This document shows positions 7,825-16,607 of a stretch of DNA of 41,106 bases, piece by piece. Under the pieces are notes generated by a model. It was given only the letters and a program-made list of their open reading frames with translations. It had not been told where the DNA came from and did no database searches. The position numbers and the translations under genes were made by a program. Numbering within the stretch: position 1 is the stretch's first letter; the number at the start of each line of letters is the position of its first letter. This stretch comes from a virus. Lineage: Duplodnaviria; Caudoviricetes. The stretch lies in the IMG/VR virus record IMGVR_UViG_3300032212_000050, positions 1 through 41,106 of that record; one strand, given 5' to 3'.

Positions 7825-8259
7825 TTACAGTTCTTTAAAAAATGTGTGGTTATTCAGTGTTCCAACTAAGGATAGCTTGCTAAAATTCCAGCGCGGGCTT
7901 GCTTTGGCAGGATTGTAATACATGGTTGCGCCTTCGGTTTGATCGTCTATTAACCCTATCTGGCTATAGGCTGCAATCTCAGAAGCCACCTTCCAAGCTT
8001 TACTATTATAATCTGGTCTAGCTTTCTTTATGTCCGTGAACTGATAAGGCTGGTACACCACACCACAAAAGCTATTAGGGTAGCGTTCCGAATAACGTCT
8101 ATTGCGTATCACATACGCAACGGCCACTTGCCCTAGTATCGGCTCTCCACGTGCCTCATGGTATATTGCTGTAGCAATACATTTGGTTTCATGTTTATCA
8201 AGCTCTATGTTTGGGAAGTTAGTATTAACTATTGCGATGAATAAAAGGATTGTTTTCAT
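7825..8259 (-). CDS. Cell wall hydrolase (SleB/Hydrolase_2)
   Basis: CIATAIYHEARGEP..GQVAVAYVIRNR, YPNSFCGVVYQPYQF, T.GAT.YY, NHTFF. Confidence 0.93.
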   Translation of the reverse strand: MKTILLFIAIVNTNFPNIELDKHETKCIATAIYHEARGEPILGQVAVAYVIRNRRYSERYPNSFCGVVYQPYQFTDIKKARPDYNSKAWKVASEIAAYSQIGLIDDQTEGATMYYNPAKASPRWNFSKLSLVGTLNNHTFFKEL

Positions 8260-8447
8260 AATGATGCAACCCCCATATATGCGATATAGACCATCAAGAA
8301 TGATAATATCACTTTTGCCCCTATGCAGCTTTTACGCTGACAGTCATCAAGTTTGCGCTCCTGCTTATCAGACATGTATTTCAATGCTTTCATATCACAA
8401 TCAAAGGCGGTGGAATCACGTAGTTCGAATCTACTTGGTTTCAACAT
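8256..8447 (-). CDS. Small membrane protein
   Basis: C-terminal TM helix; coupled to the next gene. Confidence 0.5.
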   Translation of the reverse strand: MLKPSRFELRDSTAFDCDMKALKYMSDKQERKLDDCQRKSCIGAKVILSFLMVYIAYMGVASL

Positions 8448-8450
8448 GGT

Positions 8451-8675
8451 TTATTCTCCTAATGTTTTATGTGCGTTGTGAATTGCTTCGATGATTGAAT
8501 CTTCTAGGTTGTCATGGTTTAAGTCTGGGCAGTCAAGGAGGTTTTTTAATGCTTCCGTTAATGCTTTCAATTCCTTTTCAACTACATATGCAGATAATCT
8601 TATTCTATCATCATTGCGGTGCTGGTTATTCTTTATAAAGTCCAAATGTGATTGCGCTTTACTAATCCGTTTCAT
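8451..8675 (-). CDS. Hypothetical phage protein
   Basis: ORF; L.EALKNLL...A...L.E motif. Confidence 0.6.
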   Translation of the reverse strand: MKRISKAQSHLDFIKNNQHRNDDRIRLSAYVVEKELKALTEALKNLLDCPDLNHDNLEDSIIEAIHNAHKTLGE

Positions 8676-8677
8676 GA

Positions 8678-9169
8678 TTAAATCTCCCTCTCTATTATCT
8701 GCTTAATAACTAAACTTCCTTCAACAATTTCAAGCTTATAGCTATTATCTAATGACACGTGCTTATTGATAAAATTCTTGGCTTTTTTTAGATTGTAAAC
8801 ACTATTATCGTAATCTAAATCTGAGTTTGATTTTTTCGTCTTTGTCGGTTGTTTTTTATCTAAACCAGCAAATAGATCAAAATCTTTTATGCTTAAAATA
8901 CCTTTGTCAAATTCAGCTTCAAAATTATGAACATAGTATTTTTTACGCTTGAGGGGCTTAGATTTAAAATGCTTATTTCTTAAGGTTATGTATGAATAGC
9001 TTCGGTGTGTTGAAACCTTTATACCCTCGCTATCTTCCATAATAAAAAACCCTTCACTACTATCGACAACGGATACTCTTTTATTTTTAAAAATCTGCGG
9101 TAATCGAATTAGAATAGAGCCGTCACTTTTATATGTGACTCTTGTATTGTATGTTTGTGTGGTTTTCAT
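8678..9169 (-). CDS. Hypothetical basic protein
   Basis: 163-aa ORF with GAGG RBS. Confidence 0.65.
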   Translation of the reverse strand: MKTTQTYNTRVTYKSDGSILIRLPQIFKNKRVSVVDSSEGFFIMEDSEGIKVSTHRSYSYITLRNKHFKSKPLKRKKYYVHNFEAEFDKGILSIKDFDLFAGLDKKQPTKTKKSNSDLDYDNSVYNLKKAKNFINKHVSLDNSYKLEIVEGSLVIKQIIEREI

Positions 9170-9333
9170 GTTTTGTTTTCCTCTCTTAGTTCTTTGTTAA
9201 ACTTTTGTAAATATTCTAACGCGGTTAAAACATGATAATTTTCACGATTAACTTTATCAGCTACCGATTTATCAAAGGTTTCAAAGATAGCTTTGCCAGT
9301 CTTTTTTGATGATATTATATAGCTCTGTGTCAT
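9166..9333 (-). CDS. Hypothetical protein, 55 aa (not in ORF track)
   Basis: MTQSYIISSKKTGKAIFETF...; ATGA overlaps on both sides. Confidence 0.65.
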   Translation of the reverse strand: MTQSYIISSKKTGKAIFETFDKSVADKVNRENYHVLTALEYLQKFNKELREENKT

Positions 9334-9539
9334 AGGTTTAGCCTTTCTGTTAATTTACCATTTTGATATCCAAGCATATAAGCGTGGAATAATTCATTTA
9401 TATATCCATCATTATAAAAAATACTTTTTGGTAAATTTTCATTTTTTGATGCTCTTTCAACCTTATGGCCATAAGTTATTTCCTTAACATTTTTTTCAAA
9501 TTGATCCATAAGCTCATAAAATTCTTTAGTTCCTCGCAT
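9330..9539 (-). CDS. Hypothetical phage protein
   Basis: ORF with AGGA RBS. Confidence 0.6.
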   Translation of the reverse strand: MRGTKEFYELMDQFEKNVKEITYGHKVERASKNENLPKSIFYNDGYINELFHAYMLGYQNGKLTERLNL

Positions 9540-9553
9540 AATCCTAAACTTTC

Positions 9554-9634
9554 TTAAATTGTGGCAAACGCCATCGCTAGAGGTAATACAAAGGCAATAA
9601 CTGCCAGTAATAAAAACGTAATTAAATCACTCAT
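9554..9634 (-). CDS. 26-aa hydrophobic peptide
   Basis: MSDLITFLLLAVIAFVLPLAMAFATI; ATGA coupling to 9631-9741. Confidence 0.45.
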   Translation of the reverse strand: MSDLITFLLLAVIAFVLPLAMAFATI

Positions 9635-9741
9635 GATGTAGCCAGCCTTTCAATCTCGAGAAGACAAAGAATACTTTGCATAACAAGTTCAAGGTGTGAG
9701 TAATTATATACAGGGCGAGTATTTTCGAGAACATCAGTCAT
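9631..9741 (-). CDS. 36-aa first gene of the early leftward operon
   Basis: AAAGGA RBS, downstream of the promoter at 9793-9821. Confidence 0.45.
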   Translation of the reverse strand: MTDVLENTRPVYNYSHLELVMQSILCLLEIERLATS

Positions 9742-9792
9742 AACTTTATCCTTTCGTTAAGTGAGCATGAATGCTCTTTAAGTTATGTTAGT

Positions 9793-9821
9793 ATCGTACC
9801 GTACAAAACGTCATGTGTCTA
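9793..9821 (-). promoter_or_regulatory. Early leftward promoter TAGACA-17-TACGAT
   Basis: Near-consensus elements followed by hairpin GAGCAT/ATGCTC (9763-9776) and an RBS. Confidence 0.6.
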
Positions 9822-9924
9822 TAAGTACATATTCCTATTTGTAGATTAGATATTGCTTAATAAGTACATATTCCTAACACTATTGATTTCATTGAATAGT
9901 TTAAAGTACATAAAAATTATGTAC
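9821..9924. repeat. Operator-like array of GTACATA motifs
   Basis: ATAAGTACATATTCCTA at 9821-9837 and 9860-9876; palindrome GTACATAA-aaa-TTATGTAC at 9906-9924. Confidence 0.7.
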
Positions 9925-9925
9925 A

Positions 9926-9955
9926 TTGACAAGCTAGTTTTCGTGATTCTATACT
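9926..9955 (+). promoter_or_regulatory. Rightward promoter TTGACA-18-TATACT toward the packaging/virion operon
   Basis: Consensus -35 and near-consensus -10. Confidence 0.6.
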
Positions 9956-9960
9956 ACGCC

Positions 9961-10004
9961 TTTCTTTCTTCTTTCTTTTGTTGGTTTTCTTTCTTCTTTC
10001 TTTT
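9961..10004. repeat. 19-bp pyrimidine direct repeat x2
   Basis: TTTCTTTCTTCTTTCTTTT at 9961-9979 and 9986-10004. Confidence 0.75.
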
Positions 10005-10115
10005 AAAATCATATAACTTATAATAATACTCTCAGTAATGTTAAGCTCTGTTAATTCATTTGTGCTAATTATACTAATTATGCTAATATAGTTTTTCCTA
10101 AACAATGGGGGCAGC

Positions 10116-10766
10116 ATGGCACAGAAAAAAAAGCCAACGGAAAACAAAGTTAAATCTACGGTTAAAAAAGATGCTAAAGAAAAAAAAGAAAAACCTAAAT
10201 TAACAGCTAAACAAAAAAAGTTCTGTGAAGAATACTTGATTGATCTTAATGCAACACAGGCAGCCATTCGATCAGGGTATTCAGAAAACACTGAATTAAT
10301 AGGCTTCTATGTTTATTTTTTAGTAAACCCCATAAATAATAAGATATTCTATATAGGAAAAGGGTGTGGAAAAAGGTTATTCACCCATGTTTCTGAATAC
10401 AAAAGAGGGTTGATATATAACAAAGATAAGCACATCGAGATAGATTCAATTATACGCTCTGGGAACAATGTCCAAACTTATGTGTTTGAAAGTAATTTAG
10501 ATGAAAGCGCAGCATTTTATCTGGAAACTATTTTTATAAGAGCGTTTAAAAAACACGGACTAACAAATATATCTAATGGGTGTTCTGATAATGTTGGTCT
10601 TGTAAAGTTAAAGGCACAAACACTGCTTTCTAAAATTAAAGAATATAATTTATGGATATCTCAGTTAAATGATGATGAAGTCCTCTTAATTAAAAAAATA
10701 TGGGGAAGCACTAGAGAATGCTATAATTATATAGAAGGAGGGTTGCGTGGACTTACTCACTCCTAA
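10116..10766 (+). CDS. Fusion of a terminase small subunit N-terminal HTH fragment and a GIY-YIG (LEM-3-like) endonuclease
   Basis: LTAKQKKFCEEYLIDLNATQAAIRSGYS (TerS), then FYVYFL...FYIGKG..KR..H...AFYLE...LTNI (GIY-YIG). Confidence 0.85.
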   Translation: MAQKKKPTENKVKSTVKKDAKEKKEKPKLTAKQKKFCEEYLIDLNATQAAIRSGYSENTELIGFYVYFLVNPINNKIFYIGKGCGKRLFTHVSEYKRGLIYNKDKHIEIDSIIRSGNNVQTYVFESNLDESAAFYLETIFIRAFKKHGLTNISNGCSDNVGLVKLKAQTLLSKIKEYNLWISQLNDDEVLLIKKIWGSTRECYNYIEGGLRGLTHS

Positions 10767-11250
10767 GCAAGAGAAATTCTGCAATGTGTATATTGAAACC
10801 AGTAATGCTAGTGAGGCATACAGGCAAGCATACAACTCCAAGAACATGAAGCCAGAAACAATAAACCGCAAAGCCAAAGAACTTATGGATAACGGCAAGA
10901 TAAGGGCAAGGCTAGAAGTTCTTATGGAGAAGTTTGGTGTTACTGCTGAAAAGACATTAAAAAGATTAATGCAGGGTCAGGAATTTGATATAAGGGGTTT
11001 ATATCATAAAACTGGTGTATTGAAGCAGCCATGGGAATTAGACGATGACACGTCCCGCGGGGTTATAGGGGTTAAATATGATACAGATGGAAATCTCATA
11101 GAGTACAAGATTATAGATGTTAAAGGGTGTACTGAGTTGATTGGTAAACACCTCAAATTATTTACAGATAAAACTGAGCATTCTGTAGACCCTGAAAACC
11201 CCTTATCAATTATACTTGGAAATATAGATGGCAACTCCAGAGGGCTATAA
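10747..11250 (+). CDS. terS: Terminase small subunit
   Basis: LTPKQEKFC..YIET.NASEAYRQAY...A.ELM.N.KI.AR; ELIGKHLKLFTDKTEH; directly upstream of TerL. Confidence 0.9.
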   Translation: MDLLTPKQEKFCNVYIETSNASEAYRQAYNSKNMKPETINRKAKELMDNGKIRARLEVLMEKFGVTAEKTLKRLMQGQEFDIRGLYHKTGVLKQPWELDDDTSRGVIGVKYDTDGNLIEYKIIDVKGCTELIGKHLKLFTDKTEHSVDPENPLSIILGNIDGNSRGL

Positions 11251-12766
11251 GGAGCTTGAAGAAAAGCTGGGTGATCGTTGGTGGCGGCTTAATAACCTGT
11301 ATTATATTACTGATAAAAAAGGTAATAAGATTAAGTTTGTTCCGAATGAAGCACAGACGTATTTATATAATAATATGCACTACTTCAATGTTATCTTAAA
11401 AGCTAGACAGCTAGGATTTACAACCTTTATTATGATTTTTTTCCTAGACGCTTGCTTGTTTAATTCTAATCATAACGCTGGGATTATTGCACACACGCAG
11501 GTAGATGCTAACGATTTATTTGAAAACAAAATAAAATTTGCATATGATAATTTACCAAAACAAATAAAAGAACAACGCCCCGCTACGGCAGATAGCGCAC
11601 GTAAGCTTGTGTTTTCGAATGGATCAACTATTTACACAGGCGTATCCTTGCGTTCTGGTACACTTCAAAAACTTTTAGTATCGGAATATGGTAAGGTTTC
11701 CGCAAAAGCCCCAGAAAAGGCACGCGAGATAAAAACAGGAGCGTTTAACACAGTAGAATCGGGGCAAATGATATTTGTTGAATCCACTGCGGAGGGTAAA
11801 TCAGGAGAGTTTTATAACTTATGCGAAACATCAAGGAAGGCCACGGATTCAGGTAAGCCATTAGCTAGACTTGAGCCTAAGTTTTTCTTTTTTGCATGGT
11901 GGAAAAATCCCAAATATATCGCCAATGACAATGAGGTGAAGCACACTGTTATCACAAATGATTTACGAAAATACTTTATAGAGCTTGAAAAAACAGGGGT
12001 TAAATTAACTGATAAACAAAAATCTTGGTATGTCATAAAGTCCAATCAGCAGGGCGATGATATGACACAAGAATATCCATCGACACCAGAGGAAGCGTTT
12101 CAAGGATCATTAAAAGGTGCGTTTTATACCGAAGAAATGCAAAAGGTCAGGCAGAATAATCAAATATGTTATCTACCGTACAACCCTAAGTTTGAGGTTT
12201 ATACGTGGTGGGATTTAGGCTTAAACGATCTTATGACGATCTGGTTTTATCAATATATTAATGGTAGGCATTGTTTTATTGATTACCATGAAAGCAGTGT
12301 GCAGGGCTGGGATTATTACGGCAGATTGATTAAGGATAAGGGCTATAATTACGGCGGGCATTTTTTCCCCCATGATGGCGGTACAAGGCGGCGTGGGGTA
12401 GAAGTATTCACAGATGCACAACTGGCTAGGGATTGTGGTATCAGGCCGATTGAGATTGTGCCAGTCACACAAAGCGTTTACAAAGATATTATAAATCACT
12501 GTAAGCCTATACTACCTTCATGCTGGTTTGATGCAGAGAAGTGTGCAAAAGGGATATTGCATTTAGATAATCACAGAAAAGTGTTCGACAAAGCCGAGGG
12601 ATGTTTTATAAAAAAGGAATATCACGGCATAGCTTCAAACGCTGCAAGTGGGTTTAGAACATTCGCTGTAAGCTATGAAGAACATATCATAGTTGCGTAT
12701 GAGGACGGTGAGTGGTACGATGACGATGAAAATACAGATGACAGGGATCAAATCAGTGGATATTGA
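11228..12766 (+). CDS. terL: Terminase large subunit
   Basis: WRLNNLY, Walker A LKARQLGFTT, Walker B LLVSEYG, ESTAEG, QEYP.TPEEAF, nuclease WDLG..D and PHD. Confidence 0.96.
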   Translation: MATPEGYKELEEKLGDRWWRLNNLYYITDKKGNKIKFVPNEAQTYLYNNMHYFNVILKARQLGFTTFIMIFFLDACLFNSNHNAGIIAHTQVDANDLFENKIKFAYDNLPKQIKEQRPATADSARKLVFSNGSTIYTGVSLRSGTLQKLLVSEYGKVSAKAPEKAREIKTGAFNTVESGQMIFVESTAEGKSGEFYNLCETSRKATDSGKPLARLEPKFFFFAWWKNPKYIANDNEVKHTVITNDLRKYFIELEKTGVKLTDKQKSWYVIKSNQQGDDMTQEYPSTPEEAFQGSLKGAFYTEEMQKVRQNNQICYLPYNPKFEVYTWWDLGLNDLMTIWFYQYINGRHCFIDYHESSVQGWDYYGRLIKDKGYNYGGHFFPHDGGTRRRGVEVFTDAQLARDCGIRPIEIVPVTQSVYKDIINHCKPILPSCWFDAEKCAKGILHLDNHRKVFDKAEGCFIKKEYHGIASNAASGFRTFAVSYEEHIIVAYEDGEWYDDDENTDDRDQISGY

Positions 12767-12899
12767 TGAAATCTTAAAAAAAGACGGCAAAGATTGGACG
12801 CGGGAAGAGCGCATGGAAATATCCAAGGCTGTGAAAAACAAACGCAGTAAGCGCAATATTTTAAAGGCAAAAAGAAAAGAGTTACGTGATGGCAAGTGA
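12756..12899 (+). CDS. Small basic protein between terL and portal (GTG start inferred)
   Basis: Lys/Arg-rich ORF overlapping both neighbours. Confidence 0.45.
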   Translation: MDIDEILKKDGKDWTREERMEISKAVKNKRSKRNILKAKRKELRDGK

Positions 12900-15060
12900 T
12901 TATGAAATAGAAGAATCCACAGATTTTGAGGATATTCCAGACTTCCCAGAAGAAGATGAGAACGAAGAAGTTAATGAGAATAATTCTTATGATGTTTTTC
13001 AAGCTATCGGACAGCAAAATATTACTAACTTCTTCACAGATCGAGAGCTTGAGGATATAGCACAGAAATGTGCAATGGAATATGATATTGATGAGGGTAA
13101 TTTTCAAAGCCGCAAACAAAGAATCCAAGAACTTTATAAACTAGCCCTACAAGTCATTGAAGAGAAAAATTATCCTTTCGATAACGCTTCTAATATAAAG
13201 TTTCCAATATTAACTAAGGCCGCTCTTAACTTTGCAGCTATTGCTTATCCCGCTATCGTCCAAGATGACCAAGTTGTTAAGGGTAAGGTGATTGGCAATG
13301 ATGACGGTGACGAAATAATAAAAGATGCTTCGGGAGAGCCTTTGATCGACCCCGACACTGGCAAGCCAACAAAGAAAAATGCAGGACTGAAAAAGAAAGT
13401 AGCTGATAGAATTGGTCAGTTTATGTCCAATCAAATCCTTGAAGATATGGACGGCTGGGAAGATGATATGGATAAGATACTCCATATTATACCTATTATT
13501 GGCTGTGCTTTTAAAAAGATATATCACGATCCCATCTTAAAAAAGAACATCTCTAAGTTGGTGTTACCTCAGTATTTAGTGGTTAACATTGACGCACAGA
13601 GTCTTAACAGCTCTCAGCGTACCAGTGAATTAGTTCCTCTTTATCCTTATGAAATACAAGAATATATAAACGCTGGTATTTTTAAGGATTTTGATTATGC
13701 ACAATCAACCCAAACGTTAGATGATAATTACAGGAAAAGCACCGATGAGGGTGGTAGCGGCGCACAAGATGCCGATAAACCCCATTTATTTATTGAACAG
13801 CATAGACGTTTAGATTTAGATGGTGACGGATACCCAGAACCTTATGTTGTTTGGATTCACAAAGAAACAAATGAATTAGTGCGTATCTTGCCACGATTTG
13901 AGGAAATGGATATAGAGCAGGGCGCAGATGGTGGAATCTTACGCATTGAACACCAGCAATATTATACTAAATATCCTTTTATTCCTGACCCAGAGGGCAG
14001 TATATATGATATAGGTTTTGGCCATTTAGTGCAGCATTTGAATGTTGCGATTAATACATCAATCAATCAAATGCTAGATCAAGGACACATGTACACATTA
14101 GGCGGTGGGTTTATTGGTGATGGCCTAAAGATGAAGTCAGGCAATATAAAGTTTAAGCCTAATGAGTGGAAGCGTGTTAAATCAAGTGGAATGTCGGTGC
14201 GTGAAAACGTAGTGCCGCTACCAACGCGCGAGCCAAGTAATGTGCTTATGGTTTTGTTAGAGTTCTTAATTAGATCAAGCGAAGAAATGGTGTCATTAAG
14301 CCGCATGATGGCAGGCGATATACCCCCAAATATGGCGGCTGTTACAGCTATGGCCTCTTTAGAGCAGGGGTTACAACCATTTAAGGCGATATTCAAAAGG
14401 ATTCACCGCGCATCTAAGTTAGAATACAAACGCTTATTCTACTTAAATCAGCTATACTTGACACAAGAAGAATATTCTAATGTTTTGGACGATCAATCCG
14501 CAAACGTAGAGCAGGACTTTATGAGTGGTCGTGCTGATGTGATTCCAGTATCTGATCCTGAAATTGTTACTAACATTCAATCAATGATGCGCGCGCAAGT
14601 CTTAATGGATTTAAAAGACGATCCTTTACTTGATGGTGTGGAGATACGCAAACGCGCGCTTATTGCTATGAATATTCCAGATGTAGAGGGATTAGTTAAA
14701 CTACCTCCAGAGCAAGGCGACCCAGTGGGCGAGGCACAAGTAGCGGCACTACAGGCGCAAATTAAAGACCTTGACAGCCAGATGACAACGCGTATGCTAG
14801 AACAGGAACGCAAAGACAAAGAATTTATGCTTAAAGTTAATAAAGCTGAGTTTGAAGTTGAAAAAATGCAAGCCGAAACAATTAGAACGCTTGCGGATGC
14901 TGATAGTAAGGAAAAAGATAAATCACTTGCTGTATATCAGACATATGCTAATCATTTATCGCAACTGAAAAAGGAGTTAGGCGATGGAAGAAGAGAAGAG
15001 GGACGAATTTCTAACCCCACAGGAATGGGCGACATGGAAGCAGCACCCATCAACAATTAA
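12886..15060 (+). CDS. Portal protein
   Basis: 724 aa following TerL; K.YPF.NASN.KFP.LT.AA..F, G.AFKK.Y.D, DLDGDGY.EPY.V; long helical C-terminus. Confidence 0.9.
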   Translation: MMASDYEIEESTDFEDIPDFPEEDENEEVNENNSYDVFQAIGQQNITNFFTDRELEDIAQKCAMEYDIDEGNFQSRKQRIQELYKLALQVIEEKNYPFDNASNIKFPILTKAALNFAAIAYPAIVQDDQVVKGKVIGNDDGDEIIKDASGEPLIDPDTGKPTKKNAGLKKKVADRIGQFMSNQILEDMDGWEDDMDKILHIIPIIGCAFKKIYHDPILKKNISKLVLPQYLVVNIDAQSLNSSQRTSELVPLYPYEIQEYINAGIFKDFDYAQSTQTLDDNYRKSTDEGGSGAQDADKPHLFIEQHRRLDLDGDGYPEPYVVWIHKETNELVRILPRFEEMDIEQGADGGILRIEHQQYYTKYPFIPDPEGSIYDIGFGHLVQHLNVAINTSINQMLDQGHMYTLGGGFIGDGLKMKSGNIKFKPNEWKRVKSSGMSVRENVVPLPTREPSNVLMVLLEFLIRSSEEMVSLSRMMAGDIPPNMAAVTAMASLEQGLQPFKAIFKRIHRASKLEYKRLFYLNQLYLTQEEYSNVLDDQSANVEQDFMSGRADVIPVSDPEIVTNIQSMMRAQVLMDLKDDPLLDGVEIRKRALIAMNIPDVEGLVKLPPEQGDPVGEAQVAALQAQIKDLDSQMTTRMLEQERKDKEFMLKVNKAEFEVEKMQAETIRTLADADSKEKDKSLAVYQTYANHLSQLKKELGDGRREEGRISNPTGMGDMEAAPINN

Positions 15061-15271
15061 GTTTTATGAATATCTCAAAAATTTCCGAGAACAGGTTGCA
15101 AGGGACATTGCAACTAATATATCTCATGGCATATCTATTCCCTCACAATTAATTGAACAAGATGCAATGCGGTGCGAAGCAATACTCTTCATTGAAGAGG
15201 TAGAAGTAGAGGGTATAAACGATTTTTACAACGAAGAGCAGGAAGTTAAAGAAGATGGCACAACTGATTAA
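14984..15271 (+). CDS. Conserved small head-module protein
   Basis: EW.TWKQHP.T pattern; AAGGAG RBS; position after portal. Confidence 0.65.
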   Translation: MEEEKRDEFLTPQEWATWKQHPSTIKFYEYLKNFREQVARDIATNISHGISIPSQLIEQDAMRCEAILFIEEVEVEGINDFYNEEQEVKEDGTTD

Positions 15272-15686
15272 TAATAATGGTGAGGCAATAGCAGCAGCAC
15301 TTAATCCACCCAACAAAACCCCAACAAAACAACAGGCAACAGCAGCAATTAGAAAGCTTGAGCTTATTGACCCTGATGCTATAGTGCCGCTTGAATATCG
15401 CTGCTTAGTTAGAGTGGCAACCGTTGAGGACATGACAGACGGCGGCATTTTTAAACCTGAGTCGTTTTTTGAAAAAGAAATATTCGCCAAAACCGAAGCC
15501 ACTTTTATTTCATGTGGCGATGAGGCATTCACTAATTCGCGCGGTGAGTATATTGAAAACAAGCCAGAGGCAGGAGAGCGCATATTGACCTCTAAATATG
15601 CGGGCAACCCATACCGCGATAAAGACAATAACCTATACAGGTTTTGTAATGACAAAGATGTAACAGCTATCATACAAGGAGATTAG
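15255..15686 (+). CDS. groES: Phage co-chaperonin (GroES/Cpn10-like)
   Basis: PLEYRCLV...T.GGI..P, G.RIL.SKYAG, YRF.NDKDV.AII. Confidence 0.85.
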   Translation: MAQLINNNGEAIAAALNPPNKTPTKQQATAAIRKLELIDPDAIVPLEYRCLVRVATVEDMTDGGIFKPESFFEKEIFAKTEATFISCGDEAFTNSRGEYIENKPEAGERILTSKYAGNPYRDKDNNLYRFCNDKDVTAIIQGD

Positions 15687-15691
15687 TAGTC

Positions 15692-16594
15692 ATGTCAGAA
15701 GAAGAAGCTACACTAGAAAACCAAGATTTATCAAAAGAGTTAGAAAATAACAACGAAGATGATAACCAAGAACAAAATGAAATCTACGAACATTCTGAAA
15801 GTGATGATAATAATAGCGGCGGTAGCGAGCTTTCAATGGAAGACCGCGCAAGGTCTATGGGCTGGCGACCTAAAGATGAATATAATGGTAAATCTGAACA
15901 TGTTGATGCTGAAACATATGTTAAAAATGCCGAAGAAGATTATACAAAAAATCGCAAAGCTTTGTCTAAGTTAGAGCAAAGTTATAGCAAGCTTGAAAAA
16001 ACCACCGAAACAATATTAGCACACCAGCAGCGCGAAAGGGAAGCAGCAGAGAAGCAGGGCTATGATAGAGCAATGCAAGAAGTTGATGCTCGAATGAAAA
16101 AAGCGGTTGAGGATAGCGATTACGAGGGAGTGAACGAAGCATTAAAAGATCGTGATGCTCTACAAAGTAAGCAAGCACCCCAAGATAGTGACCCTAATGC
16201 AGCAATAGTTGAAGCTTGGGAAGCCCAGAATAAATGGTTTAATGATGATCCTGTTTTAGCAGATGCAGCAGTACGAAAATCAGATATATTAGCAGCACAA
16301 GGAAAGTCTGTTAAAGAACAATTAGAAGGTGCAGAGGCTTATGTTAAGGAAACTTTTCCTAATAAATTCCCAGAGCTGAAACGTGAAAAACGCCAAGCCC
16401 CAATGATGAATGGCAGCAGATCAAATATATCAGGTGGCAACGCACCTAAAGCGGGAACATATGAGGCTTTGAATAAAAGTGGTAAAAAAGAATGTGATGC
16501 TTTTGTTAATGACATGGTGCGTAGGGGTAAGTCAAAAGATGCGTCTAGGGCAAGTTTTTTAAGCTATGCATCATCAGATATGTTTGTGAATTAA
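15692..16594 (+). CDS. Capsid scaffolding protein
   Basis: Acidic N-terminus, ARSMGWRPKDEY.G, coiled coil, W...NKWF..D; upstream of capsid genes. Confidence 0.8.
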   Translation: MSEEEATLENQDLSKELENNNEDDNQEQNEIYEHSESDDNNSGGSELSMEDRARSMGWRPKDEYNGKSEHVDAETYVKNAEEDYTKNRKALSKLEQSYSKLEKTTETILAHQQREREAAEKQGYDRAMQEVDARMKKAVEDSDYEGVNEALKDRDALQSKQAPQDSDPNAAIVEAWEAQNKWFNDDPVLADAAVRKSDILAAQGKSVKEQLEGAEAYVKETFPNKFPELKREKRQAPMMNGSRSNISGGNAPKAGTYEALNKSGKKECDAFVNDMVRRGKSKDASRASFLSYASSDMFVN

Positions 16595-16607
16595 GGAGAA
16601 AAAAATC

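Noticed and set aside
9917-10291. 124-aa minus-strand ORF
   Set aside because: Antisense to the TerS fusion and runs through low-complexity regulatory DNA; no RBS or motif.
10293-10766. Group I intron or intein interrupting terS
   Set aside because: The downstream terS has its own complete N-terminus, there is no non-coding room for a ribozyme core, and no intein terminal motifs are visible.
15255-15686. GroES as a novelty
   Set aside because: Co-chaperonins between portal and scaffold genes are already well known in phages; listed as a feature only.
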